The notes under the pieces were generated by a model, which had not been told where the DNA came from, did no database searches, and saw nothing but the letters and a program-made list of their open reading frames with translations. 64,000 nt of DNA from Escherichia coli (GTDB lineage: Bacteria; Pseudomonadota; Gammaproteobacteria; Enterobacterales; Enterobacteriaceae), in assembly GCF_016903815.1 (NCBI RefSeq), contig NZ_CP069974.1; one strand, 5' to 3'. Numbering within the stretch: position 1 is the stretch's first letter; each line of letters starts with the position of its first letter. Made by a program: the position numbers and the translations under genes. Positions 21,684 to 32,402 of this stretch are shown piece after piece.

Positions 21684-21842
21684 ATTAGGGGCTATTCCAT
21701 TTCATCGTCCAACAAAATGGGTGCAGTACAAGCGCCGGGCACATCATAGCCCATATACCTGCACGCTGACCACACTCACTTTCCCTGAAAATAATCCGCT
21801 CATTCAGACCGTTCACGGGAAATCCGTGTGATTGTTGCCGCA

Positions 21843-22562
21843 TCACGCTGCCTCCCGGAGTTTGTTCGGCACCATCCACCGCTCCATCTCACGAACAGCA
21901 TGACCGACCACCCTTGCCGCCATACCAGCCTCTGCGATGACCTGCCAGAATGGCATATCCTGCCACTGCCAGCGTTCCATTCCGGCCAGTGACGGAAAAC
22001 GCTCGCCCCACTGCCAGAACAGGGTTTCCAGGTCATGCTCTGCCACCCGGTCACTCCAGCGTGCATGCCAGCTTCCGACTGTTTCCGGCGAATGGAATGC
22101 CAGTTCGATTTCAGCCTGAGCGACCAGCGCCTGGTACGCACGGGCTTTCTGCTCTGCCTCCCTCGCCTGCTGGCGGCTGTACTTCTGCATGACCAGCGCG
22201 GATTTATGGCGACTGCGTTCCCTGACACGAAACCGCACCGACGGGAACAAGCGCTCTGCTGCATCACCGGGAAGGGGAAGGAGGCAGACCTCGCCCTGTG
22301 TTTCAATCAGCACATCGATGGCATACAGCCACTGAAGACGGTTGCCGTGCAGTTCTTCTGCGGTCAGGGACGGCATGAAAAATCGCAGGTCAGACAGCGA
22401 TATCCTGCGGCTTCCGTTCAGACAGCGGAAAAACGCCCCCGCATACGGATATTCAGCCAGCGTGTTACCCTGATGGCGGCGTTTTTCGGTCTCCGCCACC
22501 GCCCGCCATGCGGCCTGTTGCTCTGTGCTGAGAGGAACCAGTGCCTGTGAACGTGCGCTCAT
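21843..22562 (-). CDS. psiA: PsiA
   Basis: 239 aa [45 protein letters not shown]..., overlapping the psiB stop. Confidence 0.9.
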   Translation of the reverse strand: MSARSQALVPLSTEQQAAWRAVAETEKRRHQGNTLAEYPYAGAFFRCLNGSRRISLSDLRFFMPSLTAEELHGNRLQWLYAIDVLIETQGEVCLLPLPGDAAERLFPSVRFRVRERSRHKSALVMQKYSRQQAREAEQKARAYQALVAQAEIELAFHSPETVGSWHARWSDRVAEHDLETLFWQWGERFPSLAGMERWQWQDMPFWQVIAEAGMAARVVGHAVREMERWMVPNKLREAA

Positions 22563-22996
22563 GCCTGACCTCCTTCCGCCATCAGGATATGGATGATGTC
22601 ACTGACGCTGTACCCCTGCGCGTCCAGTGACGCCGCCAGTGCCAGTGAATGGCTGACGGCTTCCGGTGCAAACCGCCGCTGTACCTGAACCACCGCAAAC
22701 GGCTCACCACCGGCATTCACCAGAACCAGCACCCAGACCTGAGAGACATCGCCCGGTGAACATAACGCCAGGTGGAAACGTTCGTGGGCTGGCGTGAAAC
22801 GAACCTGGACGGGGAAAAAGCCCCCGAACTCACTGCCATACTCGCCATTCATCATCCAGTTGTCCGGCGCATCCAGTTCCCGCATCACGGCGTGTGTCAG
22901 CTCACGACGTTCATCACTTCCGGCTGCCCGGATATCTTCATATTCCTGTGCGCTCATGGTCTGTAATACATTCAGGGTCAGTTCAGTTTTCATCAC
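22559..22996 (-). CDS. psiB: PsiB (plasmid SOS inhibition, RecA antagonist)
   Basis: [66 protein letters not shown].... Confidence 0.92.
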   Translation of the reverse strand: MMKTELTLNVLQTMSAQEYEDIRAAGSDERRELTHAVMRELDAPDNWMMNGEYGSEFGGFFPVQVRFTPAHERFHLALCSPGDVSQVWVLVLVNAGGEPFAVVQVQRRFAPEAVSHSLALAASLDAQGYSVSDIIHILMAEGGQA

Positions 22997-23047
22997 GGTA
23001 TCTCCCTTGCTGCCGCCCCGTCTCCGGCGGGGCGGTGTGGTTGTTTA

Positions 23048-25006
23048 TCAGGCGGCATCAGCCAGGTTATCGGTGCGTTCAGTGGTATCCGTCTGTGGAT
23101 GTGGTGCACACATCCAGCCAGGCACCCAGCAGTTGTCTTTCATATGGTGCTCTGCATGTTCAGCCGCATCACCTTTCTTCATCTTCTCTGCATCCCGTGC
23201 AGCACCGGACAGTCCTGCCTCATTCAGGGCTGCGATAATCTGCGGCTTTTTCAGGTGTCCGAAGAAGTTTGCTTTTGTCGGCTGCCACCAGTCGCGCATG
23301 TGGAATCCGATAGCGGTTTCCAGCGAGTCAAGCGGACTGCGTGACGTGTGACCACACTCACGGGTCTGGACACCGTTAAGGCTGCATGCGGTGCAGAAAC
23401 TGAGCAGGGACAACAGCACCTCCTGACTGAGTGACAGGAATGTCGTCATGTCTCGTGACCATCCCTCCGGTAACAGGGCAGCAAGACGGGCTTTTTCTGC
23501 CATCAGCGCCATGAATGCGACACCTTCCTTCCCTGACGGCGCATCGCTGGTCAGCGAATAATGTTTACATTCCAGGCTGATTTGTGCCGGTTTACTGTAC
23601 GCTCCGCTGCCAAACACATTCAGGCAGAGCGTCCATGCCAGCAGTGCCAGAGATTTGTCCGGTTGCTGCATAAGCGCCGCCTGGACTGCCAGCGTGCGTT
23701 CGGAAGACATTTTCGTCAGCAGTGGCAGACTGATTCCCCCCACTGACGCTTTCTCCTGCACCTGTTCCGTGCGGTCAGCGTCGTCAGCCACGTCATCCTC
23801 ACTGCGCAACTGCACACCTCGCTGGACACACACGTTGCCATAACGCCAGGACACCACCACTCCACCTCCGGCACGCATCTCCGGCGTCCACGCTCTGACC
23901 TTCGCCATGCAGCGCATCAGCTTCATTTCTGCTTCCAGCAGGTCAGATTCCTCACACTGGTTTTCCAGCGCGTCGTAACGCGTCATCAGTTCGTTCAGAC
24001 GTTCTTCTTCCGCCTCCGTCAGCACCGCTTCCGGCTCCGGCAGACAGCGGTATGTTCCGGCATCCTCACGGCACTCACCTACAGGCTCCATGCGTCCGGC
24101 ACACCATCCCCAGCCTTCGGCTTCCCGAAGGAACTCTGCGACAGCCTGGAGTTTTTCCAGCAGGGCGGCATCGAGCGCCACGCAGTCCACATAGCCACCC
24201 TCGTCGTCGCTGAACAAATCGGTGCGCAGTTCGTCTGGCGAGAAGGCATCAGCCCCCACGAAGCGGAATTTACTGTTCCCAGCCACCGCCACTTCACTTT
24301 CGGTAATCAGGTTGCGGATAACCCGCACATCCGGTTTACCGCCCCATCCTGACTGGCAGGCGGCTTCAAACACCTGCACCTGACGCGCGGTGTCGTTCTC
24401 CAGCGCCAGCGCCTGACAGTGTTCGGTGGTGATGCGGTCTTCTGCCAGCGCATCAAGGATGACGGGTGCAAGGTCTGCCAGTTTCAGCATTCGCTGGACG
24501 TGGCGGGGTGAATAGCCCAGCAGGTCGCCAGTCTGCGCAGGTGTTTTGCCTTCCTGCGCCATTGCGCGGAATCCGGCAATCTGTTCGGCAGGGTGCATAT
24601 CCCGACGATGACCGTTTTCAGTCATTGATGCGGCAGTCGCCAGTTCCTGCAGAATAACCTTCACGCGTACAGGCCAGTCAGCCGGAAGGATGTTGCGCTC
24701 TGCCAGCATGTTGAGTGCAGCCAGTCGGCGACCACCTGCGGCGACACCGTAACGGTCACCAGGCAGGGTATGCACGACCAGATTCTGCAACAGGCCAACG
24801 CCCTTAATGGACTCAGCCAGTTCGCTGACGGACTCCACAGAATACGGCACCGTGCGCACATTCAGCGGTGATTTAATCAGTGAGGCCAGCGGCACGCTCA
24901 CTTCCTCCGTCTGCGCCAGCAGGGCAGACAGGACTGTTTCCTGCGTTTTTGCAGGTTTACGGCTGGATTTACGCTCCGTTTTTGCCTTAGACTCTGTAAC
25001 TGACAT
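23048..25006 (-). CDS. yubM: ParB-like nuclease-domain protein (F YubM-like, 652 aa)
   Basis: Start MSVTESKAKTERK is preceded by GGGAGG. N-terminal ParB/Srx-like region ...VHTLPGDRYGVAAGGRRLAALNML.... The track ORF carries 20 extra upstream codons. Confidence 0.75.
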   Translation of the reverse strand: MSVTESKAKTERKSSRKPAKTQETVLSALLAQTEEVSVPLASLIKSPLNVRTVPYSVESVSELAESIKGVGLLQNLVVHTLPGDRYGVAAGGRRLAALNMLAERNILPADWPVRVKVILQELATAASMTENGHRRDMHPAEQIAGFRAMAQEGKTPAQTGDLLGYSPRHVQRMLKLADLAPVILDALAEDRITTEHCQALALENDTARQVQVFEAACQSGWGGKPDVRVIRNLITESEVAVAGNSKFRFVGADAFSPDELRTDLFSDDEGGYVDCVALDAALLEKLQAVAEFLREAEGWGWCAGRMEPVGECREDAGTYRCLPEPEAVLTEAEEERLNELMTRYDALENQCEESDLLEAEMKLMRCMAKVRAWTPEMRAGGGVVVSWRYGNVCVQRGVQLRSEDDVADDADRTEQVQEKASVGGISLPLLTKMSSERTLAVQAALMQQPDKSLALLAWTLCLNVFGSGAYSKPAQISLECKHYSLTSDAPSGKEGVAFMALMAEKARLAALLPEGWSRDMTTFLSLSQEVLLSLLSFCTACSLNGVQTRECGHTSRSPLDSLETAIGFHMRDWWQPTKANFFGHLKKPQIIAALNEAGLSGAARDAEKMKKGDAAEHAEHHMKDNCWVPGWMCAPHPQTDTTERTDNLADAA

Positions 25007-25071
25007 AGTTAGTACCTCCCAAAACGGTAATAATGATTGTCTGCCGGACGTGTCCCCGTCCGGCACCTCTC

Positions 25072-25868
<797 letters not shown>

Positions 25869-28529
25869 GTAGGGTAGGGTACGTGTGGTCTTTCAAGATA
25901 AATGGCGAATATGTCCTGCTTATCTTGAGTTAGATCACCGTTACCCCCCCTCCGAACCGTACGTGCACCTTTCAATGCATACGGCTCTCCATTGCTAGCT
26001 TATTGGGGATAAACTCATTTAGCAGAATCCCCACTTGAGACAGGTGGTTGCAGGAGTATTCTTCCCTTTTCCTGTCTCAGATCGGGTAGTTTTCCGCTAT
26101 GTAACTTGTCGTGGCAACTTGCGCACAAAATCATCGTTTTCCGGCGGCGTGCGATCATCATTAGTTGCCACAGGCTGGGTTTATATCCGGCCTTACGACC
26201 TTTCTTCAGGTCTTTTAGCTTTCTGACATGATGTACTTCGCAGCGCCCAGTCTTCGCACAATACTCGCAGATCCTTGCCCCTAATCGACGCATGATCTCT
26301 GTTGTGCGGGTTGTGATATGTGCGGTTCTCGGTTCCGTATCGACAATCGTTGTTCGGTTGCGATTGACATGTTTGAGTTTGAAAACCTCAATCTTTCGGG
26401 ATCCATTTTTGGCCTGAACGGTAATAGCCAGATCTCCATTATTTTGCCGTAGCGATTTGGCGACTTTATTCACTGAACTACGTCGTTTATTCGCTAGGGT
26501 CTTAAAAAGGCTTATTTGCCATATGAAATATAATTTTGATAATTTATATTTCATGTCCAGCGCCAGACTGTAGTAGTTCGCCAATCCGCGCATTTCCGCG
26601 TTGAAAGTCAGAACAATTTCAGCTTCACTGAGATTTTGTAGACTTGAACGATGTACAGCCTTCACATTCTCATAACAGCCATATTTCTTTTGGTGACAAA
26701 ATTTAGCGGCTATATTGTCAGGAACGAAGAGCTGCACAATTCCTGTGGTGGATCTCCGGAGAGCGTGCCGCCCTTGCATTTTCTGCTTCAGCAATTTCTT
26801 TGCATCTGCCTGTCTGATTTCATAGCCTAAAAAATTAACTCCTTCTGAGATATGGCGGATCCTGGTCTTTGCTTCATTAACTTCCAATCCCAGTGAAGTA
26901 GTAATAAAGTTTCTGACCTGTCTTGATATATGTTCAGCATCTTTCTTCGAGCCGATGACACCAATTACGAAGTCATCAGCATATCGAACATAGTACATAC
27001 GCCTGAAGTTTGGATCGTTCATGACCTGAGATGGTATAGAACGTTTTTCTTCAAGCAGTCGTTCAATTTCTTTCTTTATGGCTTCTTTTTCTGATTCAGA
27101 ATCAGTTGCCATACCGTCTACTTTCTTTCGTAGTTTATGAATCTTATGGGCCAGCCTGTTCATATCTGGATTCGCTCTTCGTTTTGTACCGCTTGTATAT
27201 GCAGGAATTAAGTTCTGTTCTACAAAACGGTCCAGTTTGTCGAGGTATATATTTGCCAGTAAGGGAGAAATTATCCCACCTTGTGGCGTGCCAGAATATG
27301 AGCGATGGTATTTCCAATTGTCCACATATCCTGCCTTCAGCCACTGTTCGATTAATTTCAGGAAATTCTTATCCTTAATTTTCTCTGCCAGTGTATTCAG
27401 CAATAGTTTGTGGGGGATATTGTCAAAGAAACCTTTGATATCAACATCCACGATCCATTTAACTCCGTTCCAGACTGGACGAATAGATCTGAGCGCAGTT
27501 TCACACGAACGTTTTGGTCTGAATCCATGAGAGTGTTCAGAGAATACTGGTTCATAAACCCTTTCCAGAATAATTCTTGCTACTTCTTGCGCCAGTTTAT
27601 CGTCTCCACCTGGAATCCCCAGCGGTCTGGTTTTTCCGTCCTTTTTTGGGATCTGAACTCTGCGTACAGGTTTCGCTACGTATTCTCTACTCCGCAATGT
27701 TTTTGCCAGCTTCTCTGCTCTTTCGATAGAGAAGCCATCAATGGTATCTGTTGATACACCTTGAGTCAGTGCACCTGCATTGGCCCGTATATTCACGTAG
27801 GCTTGCAGCCACAGTCCGGGCTCACACGCAATTTTGTATAGATTACGTACTGGATACCCTTTTTTTGAAGCATCCTCAATTCCATCTAATCTTTTCTCAA
27901 GTTCATCAGGCAGCATTGGCTAACCCTCCTCTTAGAGATTGATGTATCTAACAACTGTCTCCCTTCCCCGCAGCACTGTGAGGCTTTCATCTCCCTTCCG
28001 GTTGATTTATACCTTTGCTGCTTCCGTATAATGCGGACTGCCGTAGCCCATTACAGGCCGACCTTGAGTACTATGGAGACTCCGCTACCATGCTGGGTAT
28101 AAATCCAGTTTAGGTAGTCCCGTAGTTTCACGGTGTGGAGATGCGATGTACTTAGGATGTCTTTCGATCGTTTAACTATTTCATCAATAGCTGGCCCGTT
28201 AGAGTGGTCACAATCAACGTAGGGCGGATTTCTTGTGCTATTACGGGAATAACGCTTCAATCGTTCTGCGTTATTGGTTTCCTGTTTCCCACATAGATCT
28301 CGACTTCAACAAACCCAGTTTATCCATATACATCTTGCATTGAGTGGTGATACTTATAACGATTTCCGTATTCACCACCCTTTTCTGTGGATGCTATGTT
28401 CACCTCTCCTTTTCAGGATCTCCGAGCCTGTTACCAAGCGAGGCTAACCACAGTATGCAATGGCTATACCACTAAGCCATGTTGCTTTTCATGCAACACT
28501 CCATAAAACACCGCGCTTCAACGGCGCAC
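25869..28529 (-). mobile_element. group II intron, type 2, inside ssb (sense orientation)
   Basis: Minus strand begins GTGCGCCGTTGAAGCGCGG at 28529. Domain V GAGCCGTATGCATTGAAAGGTGCACGTACGGTTC is the reverse complement of 25954-25987. Ends ...CCCTACCCTAC at 25869. 2661 nt with an internal RT ORF. Confidence 0.88.
26015..27916 (-). CDS. group II intron-encoded protein (RT, maturase, HNH-like C-terminus)
   Basis: 633 aa with GTPQGGIISPLLANIYL and YVRYADDFVIGV, and C-terminal CEYCAKTGRCEVHHVRKL...CASCHDKLHSG. Confidence 0.9.
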   Translation of the reverse strand: MLPDELEKRLDGIEDASKKGYPVRNLYKIACEPGLWLQAYVNIRANAGALTQGVSTDTIDGFSIERAEKLAKTLRSREYVAKPVRRVQIPKKDGKTRPLGIPGGDDKLAQEVARIILERVYEPVFSEHSHGFRPKRSCETALRSIRPVWNGVKWIVDVDIKGFFDNIPHKLLLNTLAEKIKDKNFLKLIEQWLKAGYVDNWKYHRSYSGTPQGGIISPLLANIYLDKLDRFVEQNLIPAYTSGTKRRANPDMNRLAHKIHKLRKKVDGMATDSESEKEAIKKEIERLLEEKRSIPSQVMNDPNFRRMYYVRYADDFVIGVIGSKKDAEHISRQVRNFITTSLGLEVNEAKTRIRHISEGVNFLGYEIRQADAKKLLKQKMQGRHALRRSTTGIVQLFVPDNIAAKFCHQKKYGCYENVKAVHRSSLQNLSEAEIVLTFNAEMRGLANYYSLALDMKYKLSKLYFIWQISLFKTLANKRRSSVNKVAKSLRQNNGDLAITVQAKNGSRKIEVFKLKHVNRNRTTIVDTEPRTAHITTRTTEIMRRLGARICEYCAKTGRCEVHHVRKLKDLKKGRKAGYKPSLWQLMMIARRRKTMILCASCHDKLHSGKLPDLRQEKGRILLQPPVSSGDSAK

Positions 28530-28568
28530 TCCTACGAGAATGACCTTGTTAATGCCACGAACTGCCAT
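28530..28568 (-). CDS. ssb: plasmid ssb, exon 1 (codons 1-13)
   Basis: ATGGCAGTTCGTGGCATTAACAAGGTCATTCTCGTAGGA encodes MAVRGINKVILVG, preceded by RBS AGGAGG, and abuts the intron 5' GTGCG. Confidence 0.88.
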
Positions 28569-28589
28569 GATGTGCCTCCTTCTGTTGAT

Positions 28590-29177
28590 GTTTTCAGCCC
28601 CCATCATCTTTTGAGTTTCGGGAGCCGCGGTTTTGACGTTTTGCGGGGACCTGCCTTTTGTTCCCTCCGGTATTCACCATCACCTTTTTGAGAACCTTCG
28701 CCGCATGGGGCATCACTGCCACGGACGGAAACGACTGTCCGGGGGCAGACCGCAAAAGTTTTTGCCTGCTTCTGGGCAAAAAGTTTTGCGGGATGTGCAT
28801 TTCACCCCTGGACTGGCGGAGACGGTTGTGGCTGTCTTTGCCCCCGGCGACAGGGGCTTAAACAGGTGAATGGCACCGGACAGAACAACGGGCAGGGACC
28901 CGCCGCAACGACGTGAAGCGCGGTTTGCGAAACGGCGTTGCCCCTTACATCCCGGCGGTCTTTTGCCGGGATGCCAGGAGCGCAGGCCACGGCGCGACAG
29001 AGGCGGCGCGACCGGAACGGTCGCTGCAAGCCAGGGGTTTTCACGCATCGGACCGTAGCGACAGCCCGAAACCGCGCCAGCGGGTTCGGCGGAGACTGGC
29101 AGGTGCGCCAGCAGCTGCCTGTCGGAGTCGGGCCTGACGACCGGATGCCGCCAGGCAGCCGGGAGCCGAAGGTGCGC
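28590..29177 (-). promoter_or_regulatory. GC-rich leading-region hairpin repeat, copy A2 (Frpo/ssi-like), upstream of ssb
   Basis: Offset +11785 from A1, with only a couple of substitutions seen by eye. It starts 22 nt from the ssb ATG. Confidence 0.6.
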
Positions 29178-31520
29178 GTGCGACAGGAAGTCGCTTAACG
29201 TATTGTTTTACATTGATAAAACCAGCTATCCCATTAGCTGTAGCCTACCGGGACAGGCGTTGCCGGCAACGGCGGGGTCTGAAGCTCCCGGGACAACGAG
29301 AGCCGGGCGTCAGCCCGGGTAATGCCCCGTGAGGGGCTTTACCTTGCTGCAAGCATCATGCGGCAGGAGAGCAAGGCTGGTCAGAAGGGTTAACACATGT
29401 GAACTGTTGATAAACACCGTTATCGGCAACAGGCCAAAGATGCTGACAGGCCTGAACCAAAAGGTACGGGGTCCGGTTGCTACCTCGCGCACAGGGAGCA
29501 CATGGGCGCAGAGACCCCCGGTGAAGAGACAGAACCCGCCCTGACCCTCTGTATGTTAAGCGGAACCTGGTAAACCCGTATCGCTGCCTCACAGGCAGGT
29601 GAACCGCAAGGAACACTGTTAGCGGTGCGGGCATAGGAGGACGGAAAAAGCGAATGCCCGGCTGTAATAACCGGGATACGGGGCAGGTTCCCCGACGCGA
29701 AAGCGGGCAGACTTCCGTCTGGTCTTTAATTGCATGAAAAGCTGTAAAGCAGTCAAAAGGATATCAGCGAGATGAATACACACATCAGTGTGTCCACGAT
29801 ACCCCACCCGACAGGCTGGCACACCATAAACTGGAAAGCATGCCATGCCCGGGTGCGAAAGCTACAGTTACGGATTGCAAAGGCAACCCGACAGCAACAA
29901 TGGCGGCAGGTCAGAGAACTACAGCGCATCCTCACCCGCTCATTCTCCGGCAAAGCCGTGGCTGTCAGGCGTGTAACTGAAAATACCGGTAAAAGGACAC
30001 CCGGTATTGACGGAAAAATATGGCACACACCGAAGGAGAAATGGGAAGGAATATGCAGCCTGAATCTGTGTGGTTACAGGCCACAGCCACTACGGCGAAT
30101 ACATATCCCAAAATCAAACGGCAAAACGCGACCGCTGGGCATACCCACAATGAGGGACCGGGCCATGCAGGCACTGTGGCTGCTGGCTCTGGAACCCGTA
30201 TCCGAGACCACTGCTGACCATAACAGCTATGGTTTCAGACCAATGCGCAGCACGCATGACGCCATTGAGTCCATTTTTCTGCGGATGAGCCAGAAAGTAT
30301 CGCCCAAATGGATACTGGAGGGCGATATTAAAGGGTGCTTCGATAACATCAGCCATGACTGGCTGCTTTCCCATATTCCGATGGACAGGAGACTGCTTAA
30401 AAAATGGTTGAAAGCAGGTTACATGGAAAGAGGCGTGTTTAACCATACGAACAGCGGGACACCGCAGGGAGGCATCATATCCCCTGTTCTCGCCAACATG
30501 GCTCTGGACGGACTGGAGAAGGAACTGATGCAAACGTTCAGGAAAAGTGGTTATCACAGTGCAAAGCACCAGGTGAATTATGTGAGATATGCTGATGATT
30601 TCATCTGTTCAGGCAGCTCCCGTGAATTGCTGGAAAATGAGGTCAGACCACTGATTGCAGCTTTCATGCGCGAACGAGGGCTGGAACTGTCGGAAGAAAA
30701 AACAGCGATCACACATATAGATAAAGGCTTCGACTTTTTAGGGCAGAACGTCAGGAAGTACAACGGTAAAATGCTGATTAAACCGTCGAAGAAAAACCTG
30801 AAGAACTTCCTCTGTAAAGTCAGAGAAATAATTAAACGCAATCCGACGCTCCCGGCATGGAAACTGATAGGCCAGCTAAACCCGGTGATCCGGGGATGGG
30901 CTACCTATCACCGACACGTCGTGGCGAAAGAAACATTTAATTATGTCGACACCCAAATCTGGCGAGCTATATGGCGATGGTGTGTAAGACGGCATCCCCG
31001 GAAAGGATTGCGGTGGATCGCCGGACGATACTTCTCCTTTGAAGGCAGGCGCTGGATCTTTAAAGCCATAACCCCGGAAGGGAAAATTCTGACACTCTTC
31101 CGGGCAATGGAAACACCGATAAAGCGCCATATAAAAATCAAAGGCGAAGCAACACCATACACCCCCGGAATGGAAATCTACTTTGAACGTCGTCTGGATC
31201 TAATCTGGAAAGGCAAATCAAAGAAGATGAAGACAGTAGTTCAACTCTGGAAGAGGCAGGGGAAACACTGTCCGCAGTGCGGACAACTCATAACCAACCA
31301 GACCGGATGGAATATACATCACCGGATCAGGAAAGTTATGGGCGGCAGTGACGAACTGACCAATCTCGAGTTGTTACATCCGAACTGCCACCGACAGTTA
31401 CACAGCAGGGAAGCCGGTGCTCACCGAAAGCACTTATAAAGGCTTGAGCGGAGTGCGGGGAAACTCGCACGCTCCGTTCTTAGGGGGCGGCGGCGCAGCA
31501 ATGTGCCGCTGCTACCCGAC
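29178..31520 (+). mobile_element. group II intron, type 1, copy 2
   Basis: Same sequence and same insertion point as copy 1 (…GCCGAAGGTGCGC | intron | CCGGCAGACAGG…). Confidence 0.85.
29772..31439 (+). CDS. group II intron-encoded protein (RT-maturase-HNH), copy 2
   Basis: The 555-aa track translation is identical to copy 1. Confidence 0.9.
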   Translation: MNTHISVSTIPHPTGWHTINWKACHARVRKLQLRIAKATRQQQWRQVRELQRILTRSFSGKAVAVRRVTENTGKRTPGIDGKIWHTPKEKWEGICSLNLCGYRPQPLRRIHIPKSNGKTRPLGIPTMRDRAMQALWLLALEPVSETTADHNSYGFRPMRSTHDAIESIFLRMSQKVSPKWILEGDIKGCFDNISHDWLLSHIPMDRRLLKKWLKAGYMERGVFNHTNSGTPQGGIISPVLANMALDGLEKELMQTFRKSGYHSAKHQVNYVRYADDFICSGSSRELLENEVRPLIAAFMRERGLELSEEKTAITHIDKGFDFLGQNVRKYNGKMLIKPSKKNLKNFLCKVREIIKRNPTLPAWKLIGQLNPVIRGWATYHRHVVAKETFNYVDTQIWRAIWRWCVRRHPRKGLRWIAGRYFSFEGRRWIFKAITPEGKILTLFRAMETPIKRHIKIKGEATPYTPGMEIYFERRLDLIWKGKSKKMKTVVQLWKRQGKHCPQCGQLITNQTGWNIHHRIRKVMGGSDELTNLELLHPNCHRQLHSREAGAHRKHL

Positions 31521-31577
31521 CCGGCAGACAGGACAACACTGCAGTAGTCAGAATCAGAGCAGCAGGAAAAAGAAGAA

Positions 31578-31616
31578 CAGTAGCAGTAGCAGTAGCAGTA
31601 GCAGTAGCAGTAGCAG
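31578..31616. repeat. hexanucleotide microsatellite (CAGTAG)x6 plus CAG
   Basis: Read directly: cagtag repeated six times. It is absent from the equivalent position beside intron copies 1 and 3. Confidence 0.95.
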
Positions 31617-31791
31617 GAACAACAACATCAGTAACAGACAAATGACAGGCATGAAGAAACAGAAGCCCCCATCAGAACGTCCGCGTAATGAAAGGGGCGG
31701 CGCGTGAGCGCGGCCCCTTTCAGCGCCACCGGCGCGCGTTTTTTCCCGGCGCGGGCAGACAGGCATTTATCCTCCCGCCGGCCCTGTGTCA

Positions 31792-32355
31792 TCAGGCACG
31801 CAGACGAATAATCATCGTCGGGACATCGGTATAAGCAAACGTGCCGCGCGGCAGCTCCTCGCGGACGTCAGAAAACGGTAACAGCTTCTCCTGCTGGCGT
31901 GGTCCGTTGAGACAGACGGCGACCAGCACGCCACCCGGACGCAACAGGGAAAAGGCCCGCAGGATATGCCGGATATCCTGCCCGTGGCTGAACGGCGGAT
32001 TCATGATAACCCGGCTGTAATACTGCACCGGCAGCCATTCCATGAAGTCGCCACACTGAACCCTGACACCGTTAAAATTTTCCCGCAGATACCGGACCAG
32101 CCCGCTGTTGATTTCCACCGCATCACACATGGCCCCCGGCGCGGTATCCCGAATCGCCCGCAGTATGGCCCCGGTGCCGGCAGAGGGTTCCAGAATGTGA
32201 TCACGGTTGCTGATCTCCGCCAGCATCACCAGGCGATCACAGACCGGGGCAGGAGTCACAAAAAGCTGAGATTCAGCCCGGATTTCAGCAACCGGCGCGG
32301 CGTTATCCAGCCTTGCGCGCATCAGCCGGATACGTTCTCTTAACTGACTGTGCAT
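31792..32355 (-). CDS. orphan SAM-dependent methyltransferase (N6-adenine type, NPPF motif)
   Basis: 187 aa with motif I ILEPSAGTGAIL and motif IV VIMNPPFS. No restriction partner is adjacent. Confidence 0.75.
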   Translation of the reverse strand: MHSQLRERIRLMRARLDNAAPVAEIRAESQLFVTPAPVCDRLVMLAEISNRDHILEPSAGTGAILRAIRDTAPGAMCDAVEINSGLVRYLRENFNGVRVQCGDFMEWLPVQYYSRVIMNPPFSHGQDIRHILRAFSLLRPGGVLVAVCLNGPRQQEKLLPFSDVREELPRGTFAYTDVPTMIIRLRA

Positions 32356-32402
32356 ATCATTATCTCCGTCATCCCCCGGGGATTTTCCCGGGGGGATATA
32401 CC

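Larger units (their letters stand above)
20288..21730 (-). mobile_element. IS150 (IS3 family)
   Basis: 1443 bp with ends TGTACTGACCCCAAAAAGTTGGACAG (20288-) and ...CCAACAAAATGGGTGCAGTACA (-21730). Contains orfA/orfB. Flanking 3 bp differ (TAA vs AGC). Confidence 0.93.

Noticed and set aside
31417-31707. 96-aa + strand ORF with a poly-Ser run
   Set aside because: It starts inside the intron 3' end and owes its length to the CAGTAG/AGC microsatellite. There is no RBS and it is not conserved in the other two copies.
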